From Bifidobacteriaceae bacterium (lineage in GTDB: Bacteria; Actinomycetota; Actinomycetes; Actinomycetales; WQXJ01), in contig JAISIU010000341.1 of assembly GCA_031261885.1 (NCBI GenBank), positions 1-25,134 of the forward strand: 25,134 bases of DNA, in the 5' to 3' direction. The notes below the pieces were generated by a model. That model ran no database searches and was not told the origin of the DNA. It was given only the letters and a program-made list of their open reading frames with translations. Below, piece after piece: positions 7,785-16,300 of this stretch; the stretch's first letter is position 1; each line of letters starts with the position of its first letter. The position numbers were made by a program, and so were the translations under genes.

Positions 7785-8704
7785 TAGTCCTCCACGTCCG
7801 CTGCGGGGGTGTCCGATGCCGCCGCCTCGCCGGGCGCGGCCTCTTCCGTCTCGCTCTGGGTCACCTCAGCAGAGGCGTCGGGATCGCCGGAGTCCTGGTC
7901 GAGGTCCATCTCGATGATCGAGGAGTCGTCCAGGTACGGGTCGGGTTCGGGCCATTGGACGCCCGTGTCCACGGTGTCCGTCTCGGAGTGGGCGCCGCAG
8001 CCGTGGTCGTAGGAGACCACCTGGCCGTCGCGGCTCGACCATTCGTTGGTGCAGACGCCGAACAGGCCGCGCAGCGAGCCCGCCAGCGGGGTCACGAAGC
8101 CGCAGGTGGCGCAGTGGGCGCCGGCCTTGACGGCCTCCTTGGCCGTGGGGCCGCCGGGCCCGGCGTACCAGCGGTCCGCGGCTTCGCCGCGGCCGAGCGG
8201 CGACAGCACGCGCGGCCGGCCGAGGCCGAGTTCGTAGACCGCGAGCCGGTCCTCGTCCTCCTCACCGGTGGCCTCGTAGCCCTGTTCGAGGCGGGAGTCG
8301 TCGGCCACATGCGGCAGGACGTCGCCCGGGCCGAGGTCGCCGGGGCGCAGGCGTTCCGCCCACGGCACCCAGGCGGGCGCGAGCAGTGAGTCGTCGCCCG
8401 GGACCAGCTCGGTCTCCGAGACGGTCGCGGTCCGGCTGCGCGGCACGCGGGCCACGGTGACGACCCAGGACCAGCCGCGGTAGCCCGGCATCGTGCACTC
8501 GAAGCGGAGCTCACCGAGCCGCTCCGCCCGCATCGTGAGTCCCGTGTAGTCGCCGACGTCGCCGGGCCGGGTGAAGGCGGCCAGCGCCTCGCGGGCCTGG
8601 TCGACCGACTCGGGCGCGCCGAGGTAGGCGTCGGCTTTCGGTTTCCTGACCGCGCTGCGCGTGGCAGGGGTTTTCGGGGCGGCGGCCCCAGCCTTCGCGG
8701 GCAT
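7784..8704 (-). CDS. DUF3027 family protein (306 aa)
   Basis: GYRGWSWVVTVAR, PWAERLRPGDLGPGD, CATCGF...FGVCTNEWS...VVSYDHGCGAHSE; GGAGG RBS; 1 nt downstream of the cold-shock gene stop. Confidence 0.85.
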   Translation of the reverse strand: MPAKAGAAAPKTPATRSAVRKPKADAYLGAPESVDQAREALAAFTRPGDVGDYTGLTMRAERLGELRFECTMPGYRGWSWVVTVARVPRSRTATVSETELVPGDDSLLAPAWVPWAERLRPGDLGPGDVLPHVADDSRLEQGYEATGEEDEDRLAVYELGLGRPRVLSPLGRGEAADRWYAGPGGPTAKEAVKAGAHCATCGFVTPLAGSLRGLFGVCTNEWSSRDGQVVSYDHGCGAHSETDTVDTGVQWPEPDPYLDDSSIIEMDLDQDSGDPDASAEVTQSETEEAAPGEAAASDTPAADVED

Positions 8705-8705
8705 G

Positions 8706-9089
8706 TCACACCTCCAGGTTGTCCGCCACGGCGCGCAGCATCTGCGCGGTCTTCTGGGCTGTGCGATGGTCCGGGAAGTGGCCTCGCCTCAGCGCGTTGG
8801 ACGTGGCGTCCAGGTATTTGATGAGGTCCTCGATGATGACGGTCATCTCCTCGGGCTTCTTGCGGTGGCCCTTGACGACCGACGGCGGCGTCTCGAGGAT
8901 CTGGACGGACAGGGCCGAGGGACCGCGCTTGCCGTCCGCCACGCCGTACTCGACGCGCGTGCCCGGGCGGGGCGGCGTGGCGCCGGCCGGCAGCGCCGTG
9001 GCGTGCAGGAACACCTCTTGGCCGTCGTCGCCGGCGATGAAACCGAAACCTCGGTCCACATCAAAGAACTTGACCTTGCCTGTTGGCAC
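8706..9089 (-). CDS. Cold-shock-domain protein with C-terminal helical extension (127 aa)
   Basis: PTGKVKFFDVDRGFGFI (RNP1) and VFLH (RNP2); GGAGG RBS before GTG 9089. Confidence 0.93.
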   Translation of the reverse strand: MPTGKVKFFDVDRGFGFIAGDDGQEVFLHATALPAGATPPRPGTRVEYGVADGKRGPSALSVQILETPPSVVKGHRKKPEEMTVIIEDLIKYLDATSNALRRGHFPDHRTAQKTAQMLRAVADNLEV

Positions 9090-9297
9090 GGCTACCTCCA
9101 CTAGGGATGACCGGTTGCCCCGAAACGGGGATGGGGACGAAAGACTGTGTTGCTTGAGCTTGCCCTTCTACAGTAGCGGTCCGCCCGCCCGGCGGCCCCA
9201 CCGGGCGGCGGCGGACGCCCAAAACTCCCTGGGACACTCAGAGGCAACGTCCAGGAAAGTCCCAGAAAACTGCGGCACGCTAGAAGACGTGAACGCG

Positions 9298-10050
9298 ATG
9301 ACTCACTCCGGTTCCGCCAAGGCCGACTCCGAGGGCCCCCACCTGCTCGTCGTCGACGACGAGCCGAACATCAGAGACCTCCTGGCCGCCTCGCTCCGCT
9401 TCGCCGGCTTCCAAGTGACGACAGGGGCCAACGGCAACGACGCGCTGCGCCTGGCCAGCGAGGTCGACCCCGACCTCATGGTGCTCGACGTCATGATGCC
9501 GGACATGGACGGTTTCACGGTCACGAGGCGCATGCGGGAACGCGGCCAGACCGTGCCCGTGCTGTTCCTCACGGCCAAGGACGAGACCCAGGACAAGATC
9601 CAGGGCCTGACCGTCGGCGGCGACGACTACGTGACGAAGCCGTTCAGCCTCGAAGAGGTCGTGGCCCGCATCCGTGCGATCCTGCGCCGCTCCGGCCTGA
9701 CCGACGTGCCGGACTCCTCCGTCATCCGGTTCGAGGACCTGGAGCTCGACGAGGACTCCCACGACGTGCGCCGCGCCGGCCACCTGATCGACCTGTCGCC
9801 CACCGAGTTCAAACTGCTGCGCTACCTCATGTTGAACACCGGCCGCGTGCTGTCCAAGAGCCAGATCCTCGACCACGTCTGGGAGTACGGCTGGGTCGGT
9901 GACAACGCGATCGTCGAGTCCTACATCTCCTACGTGCGCCGCAAGCTCGACGTGCCCGGGCCGGCCGGCGAGAAGCTGCCCCGGCTCATCCACACGAAGC
10001 GCGGCGTCGGCTACGTGCTGCGCCTGCCGCACGAGGGCGAGGACCAGTGA
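9298..10050 (+). CDS. OmpR/PhoP-family response regulator (250 aa)
   Basis: LLVVDDEPNI, LDVMMPDMDG, FLTAKD, GGDDYVTKPFS, winged helix ESYISYVRRKL...TKRGVGY. Alternative start GTG 9289. Confidence 0.95.
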   Translation: MTHSGSAKADSEGPHLLVVDDEPNIRDLLAASLRFAGFQVTTGANGNDALRLASEVDPDLMVLDVMMPDMDGFTVTRRMRERGQTVPVLFLTAKDETQDKIQGLTVGGDDYVTKPFSLEEVVARIRAILRRSGLTDVPDSSVIRFEDLELDEDSHDVRRAGHLIDLSPTEFKLLRYLMLNTGRVLSKSQILDHVWEYGWVGDNAIVESYISYVRRKLDVPGPAGEKLPRLIHTKRGVGYVLRLPHEGEDQ

Positions 10051-11789
10051 GCTCGACCACCCCGGCCGTTTCGCCGTCGCCGCCGCTCCCGGCGCCGCCG
10101 GCGAAACCTCCCGCGACGCCGGACCCGCCGTCCGATCCCCGTCGGGGACCGGACCAGGGCGCCGCGCCACCGCTCGGGCCGGACACGGCATCGGCGGCCA
10201 CCCCCGCCGCACCTACCACCCCAGCCGCACCGCTCGTGCCGGGCGCCCACCCGGCCACACCACCCACCCGGCCACGCCGCCTGTGGCGCGGCCGCCCCCT
10301 GTCCGTCCAGATGGCCGTCATCGTCGCCGTGCTGTTGATCCTCGGCGTCGGCGTCACATCGACCGCCTCACTCGTGATCCTCCACGACCGGCTGCGCGCC
10401 CAGACCGACGACGAGCTGCAAACCGCGATGGCCGAATTCACGACGATCCCGACATCCGACGACCACGGCCCCACCGACTACGTCAGCTTCATCTTCACGA
10501 CGGCCGGCCAACGTCTCGGCGTCTGGCCCGCCCTCACCTCGCTCGGCGACGGTGGCCCCGACATCACGCTGCCGAGCTCCCTGGCCAGCCGCGAGACGTT
10601 CTTCCAACGCCACTCCACGCAGCCCGCCACCGTCGACTCGAACAAGGGGGACGGCCACTACCGCGTCGTCTTCCGCGACGCCTACCTACCGGACGGCACG
10701 CCCGTCTACCTGGCGCTGGCGCTGTCCACCCGGTCCATCACGACCACGATGCACCGCATGATCGCGCTCGTCGCGACGACGGGTGGCGCGGTCGTCATCG
10801 TCGGCATGCTGATCGGCTTCATCATGGTGCGCCGCTCGCTGAAGCCGTTGCGCGGCGTCGAGTCGACGGCCGCCCAGATCGCGGCCGGCGACCTCACCCA
10901 GCGCGTCCCGGCGGCCGAGCCCGGCACCGAGGTCGGCCGGCTGACGGCCTCGCTGAACTCGATGCTGACGCAGATCGAAGCCGCGTTCGCGGCGCGCGTC
11001 GCCTCGGAGAAACGCATGCACCAGTTCGTCTCCGACGCCTCGCACGAGCTGCGCACACCGCTCGCCGCGATCCGCGGCTACGGCGAGCTCTACCGGATCG
11101 GCGCGCTGACCAGCGAGGACGACGTGAAGGGGGCGATGCGCCGCATCGAGGACGAGGCGCGGCGCATGGGCGGCCTCGTCTCCGACCTGCTGCAACTGAC
11201 CCGGCTCGACGAGGGACGCGGCATCCAGCGCAAGCTCGTCGACATCGTGCCGATCGTCGTGGACGCGGCCGCGGACCTCAAGGCCCTGGACCCCTCCCGC
11301 GAGGTGACGCTCGAAAGCCACATGCCGGAGGGCGGCGCCGACCAGGCCGGCGACGGAGAGGCGGCCGGCGAGAACGTGCCCCAGGTGTGGGGCGACCCGG
11401 ACAAGCTGCGCCAGGTGTTCACGAACCTGATCGGCAACGTCTACCGGCACACGCCGGAGGGCACGCCGGCGGAGATCGTGTTCGGCGTCGACCCGGAGGC
11501 CGGCGTCGCCTACGGCGCGGTCCGCGACCACGGGCCCGGGATCGACCCGGCCCAGGCGGACCGCGTGTTCGAACGGTTCTACCGGCTCGACGCCTCGCGC
11601 ACGCGCGACACGGGCGGATCCGGGCTGGGGCTCGCGATCGTCGCCTCGACGGTCGAGGCGATGGGCGGCCGCGTCACGCTGACCGAGACCGAGGGGGGCG
11701 GCGCCACCTTCACGGTGGCGTTGCCGTTGGCCGTGCCCGATGCCGAGACGCACCGGGACGGGACGGCGGCTCCGGTCGTGGCCGCCTGA
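10047..11789 (+). CDS. PhoR-like sensor histidine kinase (2 TM, HAMP, HisKA, HATPase)
   Basis: FVSDASHELRTPL H-box, NLIGN N-box, DHGPGI, FERFYR, GGSGLGLAI; GTGA overlap with the regulator stop. Confidence 0.95.
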   Translation: MSSTTPAVSPSPPLPAPPAKPPATPDPPSDPRRGPDQGAAPPLGPDTASAATPAAPTTPAAPLVPGAHPATPPTRPRRLWRGRPLSVQMAVIVAVLLILGVGVTSTASLVILHDRLRAQTDDELQTAMAEFTTIPTSDDHGPTDYVSFIFTTAGQRLGVWPALTSLGDGGPDITLPSSLASRETFFQRHSTQPATVDSNKGDGHYRVVFRDAYLPDGTPVYLALALSTRSITTTMHRMIALVATTGGAVVIVGMLIGFIMVRRSLKPLRGVESTAAQIAAGDLTQRVPAAEPGTEVGRLTASLNSMLTQIEAAFAARVASEKRMHQFVSDASHELRTPLAAIRGYGELYRIGALTSEDDVKGAMRRIEDEARRMGGLVSDLLQLTRLDEGRGIQRKLVDIVPIVVDAAADLKALDPSREVTLESHMPEGGADQAGDGEAAGENVPQVWGDPDKLRQVFTNLIGNVYRHTPEGTPAEIVFGVDPEAGVAYGAVRDHGPGIDPAQADRVFERFYRLDASRTRDTGGSGLGLAIVASTVEAMGGRVTLTETEGGGATFTVALPLAVPDAETHRDGTAAPVVAA

Positions 11790-11822
11790 CGCGGGCACCG
11801 GGCGCCTCCCCGCGATTCTTTT
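11790..11822 (+). terminator. Possible intrinsic terminator after the kinase
   Basis: CGCGGG (11790-95) / CCCGCG (11809-14) followed by ATTCTTTT. Confidence 0.45.
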
Positions 11823-11930
11823 CGGATTTTTCCCGCCACGCCCGCCCGGGGAGAGTTACCATGGCTCGGCATCAGAAAGATGCGGCACGCCCCACAGCGC
11901 GTCCTTCGCCCATTCTCAGAAGGTACCTTC

Positions 11931-12770
11931 ATGAGCGTGACAGGCGCTCCCGACTGGCTCGAAGCGGCCTACGTCCGCGCGGCCCAAGAGGCCAAATGCA
12001 CGGCGCCGCGCGAGCGCATCGAACAGGCAGCCGCGGCGCTCGTCGAGCGCTGGTGTTCCCCGGGCCGTATCTGCCACGGGCTCAAACATCTCGCGGACGT
12101 CCTGACCCGCGTCGACGAGCTCGCGCCCGGCACCCAGGCCCCGCCGCTCGTGCGGCTCGCGGCTTTCTACCACGGCGCCGTGTTCGACGACGACTCCGAA
12201 GCGGCTGACGCCGAGGACGGCACGGCCGACGGCGCCGAGGCCGACACCGCGGACGCCGAGGTCACCGCGCTCGGGCCCGTGCTGGGCGGCTGCAACCGCG
12301 AGGACGCGGTGGCGGGCGCCGAGCTGGCCCGCCGCGACCTGACGGGCCTGGGCCTGGCCCCGGACCGGGTGGAGCGCGTCGTCGCGCTCATCACGCTGCT
12401 GCGCGGCTGGCGGCCGCTCGGGCCGGACCCGGACAGCGCCGTGCTCCGGGACGCCACGCTCGGCCTCCTGGCCCATGAGCCGCAGCGCTACACCGAGTAC
12501 ATCCGCCAGCTGCAGGAGGAGAACCCGGGTCTGACCAGGCGGGCTTTCCTCGAACGGCGGGCCGCGCTGATCGAGCACCTGCTGGCCCTGCCGTCGATCT
12601 ACGGCTCCCCCGGCGCGGCCGAGTGGGAGTCGAGCGCGGACCAGAACCTCCGGGCCGAGCTGGCGCGCACACGCAAGGCGATCACGGCCCTGGCCGTCCT
12701 CGACGATGACGCCGCGCTCGAGGCAGAGCAGACAGGTTCTCCACAGCGGGAGGCGCCCGTCGCCGTCTGA
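11931..12770 (+). CDS. HD-like (COG4339-type) predicted metal-dependent phosphohydrolase homolog, degenerate (279 aa)
   Basis: RW..PGRICHGLKHLADVL, VRLAAFYHGAVFD, NREDAV, AVLRDATLGLL, FLERRAALIEHLL match the family pattern, but HD is HG. TACCAT -10 at 11857; GAAGG RBS. Confidence 0.65.
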   Translation: MSVTGAPDWLEAAYVRAAQEAKCTAPRERIEQAAAALVERWCSPGRICHGLKHLADVLTRVDELAPGTQAPPLVRLAAFYHGAVFDDDSEAADAEDGTADGAEADTADAEVTALGPVLGGCNREDAVAGAELARRDLTGLGLAPDRVERVVALITLLRGWRPLGPDPDSAVLRDATLGLLAHEPQRYTEYIRQLQEENPGLTRRAFLERRAALIEHLLALPSIYGSPGAAEWESSADQNLRAELARTRKAITALAVLDDDAALEAEQTGSPQREAPVAV

Positions 12771-12882
12771 ACGGCGGCCGTCCACAGGCCGAGGGCACCC
12801 GGGCATGGGGGCCGCCTAGCGTGGTTGACGCGTCCCGCCGCCGGCGGGGCGCCGACCGCCAACCAGAGAGGCAGACCCACCC

Positions 12883-13176
12883 ATGGGCAACTACCAAGTC
12901 GACTCCGACCTCATCGCCGCCGCCACCGGCGGCGTCCGCAAATCGATCGGCGCCATCCAGGCCGAATCCGCCGCGCTCATGGCGCAGCTCAACGATCTAC
13001 AGGGCAGCTGGCGCGGCGCCGCCGCGACGGCCTTCGCGGGCGTCGCGGCCGGCTGGCAGGCCACGCAGGTCAAGGTCGAGGCCGCGCTCGACCAGATCAA
13101 CCGGGCACTGGAGGTGGCCGGGCAGAACTACGCCGAGGCGGAGACCGGCGCGCTCGCGATGTTCGGCCTGGGCTGA
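12883..13176 (+). CDS. WXG100 (ESAT-6-like) protein (97 aa)
   Basis: About 100 aa helical hairpin with central GSWRG (WxG) and C-terminal QNYAEAE. Confidence 0.92.
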   Translation: MGNYQVDSDLIAAATGGVRKSIGAIQAESAALMAQLNDLQGSWRGAAATAFAGVAAGWQATQVKVEAALDQINRALEVAGQNYAEAETGALAMFGLG

Positions 13177-13205
13177 GGCCGCCCGGCGCGGGCCGGGGCA
13201 GACGC

Positions 13206-13256
13206 GGCGCCGCCCGCGGCACCGGCTTGGCCGGCGCCGCGGGCGGCGTCCTTTCT
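13206..13256. terminator. Hairpin terminator between convergent WXG100 and GH3
   Basis: 13208-13226 pairs with 13230-13248 (18/19), TTG loop, followed by CTTTCT on the + strand. Confidence 0.75.
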
Positions 13257-13305
13257 CATGTGGGATCGGGGCTGGGACGCCTGGTCCCAGCGACTGTCAG
13301 GCTGG

Positions 13306-16300
13306 TCAGGCCACTGTCACCTTCACCGTGTACTCGACGGAGGCGTCGGAGGCCTTGATCGTGAGCACGCCCTGGCCCTGGGCCACACCCGTGATCGTGC
13401 CGGCGCCGTCCACCGTGAAGACGGCGGGCTTCGACGAGGTGAACGTCACCTTGTCGCCCGTGGTCTTCAGCGGCGCGATGACGACCGCCACGTGGGCCGT
13501 GGACCCGACGGTCAGCGTCGCCGGGACCTGCGCGGACAGGCTCGTGAGCGCGACCTTCGTGGCAGACACGTAGACCGTCGCGGTGACGGACTCGTGCGAG
13601 CCGGAGGCGTCCAGCTGCACGGCCGTTGCCGTGACCGTCGTGTGGCCGGCCTTGACGCCCTTGATCGTGCCGTCGGCGGCCACCGTGGCGATGGCCGGGT
13701 TGGCACTCGACCACGTCACGTCCGTCGAGCCGCCCGTCGTGTAGACCTGGACCGGCAGCTTGATGGTCTTGCCCGTCCTGACGCCGATCACGGACTGTGC
13801 CGCCTCGATGCCGGTGACGGTGTTCATCGGCACGAGCGATGCGATCGCGGTCTGCAAGGCTTCCGTGGCGGCGTCGACGGCGGCCTGGGTGGCCGTCGTG
13901 TCGGTGTTCACGGCGAGCGCGTCGGTGAGCGCGTCGGCGCACGCGGCCCACGAACCGGCCGTGTAGCCGGCGGCGTCGAGGCCTTGGGCCTGGGCGATCG
14001 CGGCGGCCAGGGCCGTGCGGTCGACGGAGGCGCCGGGGGTTGAGCCGGCCGGGTTGAACCCGAACCAGTCGACCCGGGCCGAGGCGCCGTCCACCTCGAG
14101 CAGCACGGTGTGCGTGCCCGTGACGGCGTGCTGGATGTCGGCGGTCAGCGTCGAGTAGTCGAGCGTCGAGTCCGGCAGCTTGCCGGCCACCGTGGCGAGC
14201 AGCTTGCCGCCCACGGTGTTGGCCCACACCTTGATGGTGACGGTCTGGCCGGCGTCGGCCGATGTCGACGGCGCGACGCGCACGGCGGCGACGCCGGGCT
14301 TGACCTGGCCGAAACCGACCTTGTCGAAGCTCGTGACCGAGCCGTTGTCGAGCGGCATCTCGAGGCCGAACTGTTCGCCGCCCTTGCCCCACGTGGTGGC
14401 GGGGCTCGGCGTGGCGCCGGAGCTGGTCTGGGCCGTCGTCGTGTTGTACGTCTCGGCCTGGATCAGCTTGTACGGGTCGCGCGCGGTCTGGCCGGTCAGG
14501 GTCATGACGCGGGTCGCGCTGATGTCGGGATTGGCCTTGAGCGTGGCCGTGACGAGCACCTGGCCGTCACCCTTGCCGGTGGCGTACAGCAGGCCGCTGG
14601 CCTTGATCGTCGCGAGCTTGGTGGCCCGCCCGTTCAGGTTCGTGACCTTCCATGTGATGGCCGAGTCGGGAACGCTGAGGAAGTTGCCGGGCAGGTAGTA
14701 GCCCTCGGCGTTGTCGGCGAACGTCCCGCTGGCGATCACGTTCTGGTCGGCGGAGCCCTGGTAGGTGGAGATCGCGTCGGTCGCGCCGAGCGAGCTGCCC
14801 GTGCGGATGATCGGGTACTCGATGGTCTGGGCGGACCCGTTGATCGTCACCTTGTTGGAGTCGAGCTGGTTCGTCACGAGGATCTGCCTGGAGGCGACCT
14901 TGGAGCCGGAGCGGGCCGTCACCGTGACGGTGCCGTTGGCGTTGCCCTTCGCGGTCAGGACGCCGGCCGGGTCGATCGTCGCGACGTTGTCGCCGGAGAT
15001 GCCCCACGTGACCTTCTGCGCGGAGGTGACGGGCGTGAGCTGCGCGTCGAGGTCGATGCTGCCGCCCTTGTCGCGGATCGAGTACTGGCCGTCGATCTCG
15101 GAGATCGACACGGCGGTCGTCTTGTCCTTGCCGGTGCCGAGCTTCAGCCACTGGATGCGGGAGCCGCGCTGGGTCGTGTAGACGTAGATGTCGTAGGTGC
15201 CGGCGGAGACCGTGGCCTTGGCGGTCCTGGTCTGGAGGTCCGGCCTCACGTAGTTGTCCTGCGTGGCCTGGCCCTCAGCGGTGCCCGGGTACGGGTAGTT
15301 GCCCCAGCTCGGGATCGTGCCGGTCGTGTAGTTGACGGCCAGCGGGCTGATGCCGCCGCCCACCTCGGTGACGCCGTCCGGCCGCGTGTTCGTGACGTTC
15401 AGCTTCGCGATCGGGGTGGCGGTCTTGAAGTCGGGCGCCGCGGAGCCGGTCGGCACCGCGAACACCTTGATCGTGCCCGCGCGGTCGGATCCGACGTTCA
15501 TCGTCAGCATGTTCGTGCCGGCGGCGACGTCGACGTCCTTGTACACCAGCCAGGCGCCGTCGCGCCTCAGCGAGACGGACTGCGGGTCGGTGTTGTCGGC
15601 GTCCGTGGCGACGATCTCCATGTCGGAGCAGTCGCGCGAGATGTTCGAGTAATCGTCGAAGTCCGTGGCGAGGGTTTCCTTGTCGAGGTTGCGGACGGCG
15701 GCCGCCGTGACCTCGGTCTCACCCGTGGTGAGGTCGAGCGTGGCCTGCTGGCCCTGGTCGGCGGAGCTCTTCGCGACCTTGATCGTGTAGGCGCCGGGCT
15801 CGACGATGTACTTGGAGGTCTCGACGTCCCAGACCGCGAGCTTGTCCGTGTAATCGACGGTGAAGCTGTAGGGCCGGGTCTCGCCGGGGGCGACCTTCAG
15901 CAGGCGCGTGAACGCGATGAGGCGCTCGTTGGCTTGTTTGATGCGGCTCGGCGTGCCGGCGAAGGCCGAGTAGGCCTGCACCACCTCGTCCGAGGTGACC
16001 GTGCCCGTGTTCTTCACGGTCCCGGAGATCGTGAACGTGTTGCCGCTCACGGCGCTCACGGTGATCGGCGAGTAGTCGAAGTTCGCGTAGGTCAGGCCGT
16101 AGCCGAACGGGTACAACGGCGTGCCGTCGAAGTACTGGTAGGTCCGCTGGCCCTTGATGATGTCGTAGGTCTCGATGCCGTTCGGGATCGTGCCATCCAT
16201 GTTGGACAGGTTGTCATTGTTGAACGCACCCGTGGACGGGTCGGACTCCTGGTAGGCCGGGAACCGGTAGGAGGCCGGTTCGTGGTCCTCGGAGGCGCCG

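Noticed and set aside
9899-12208. 769-aa ORF in an alternate frame over the kinase
   Set aside because: Low-complexity Arg/Pro frame-shift shadow; the kinase frame is intact, so no frameshift needs invoking.
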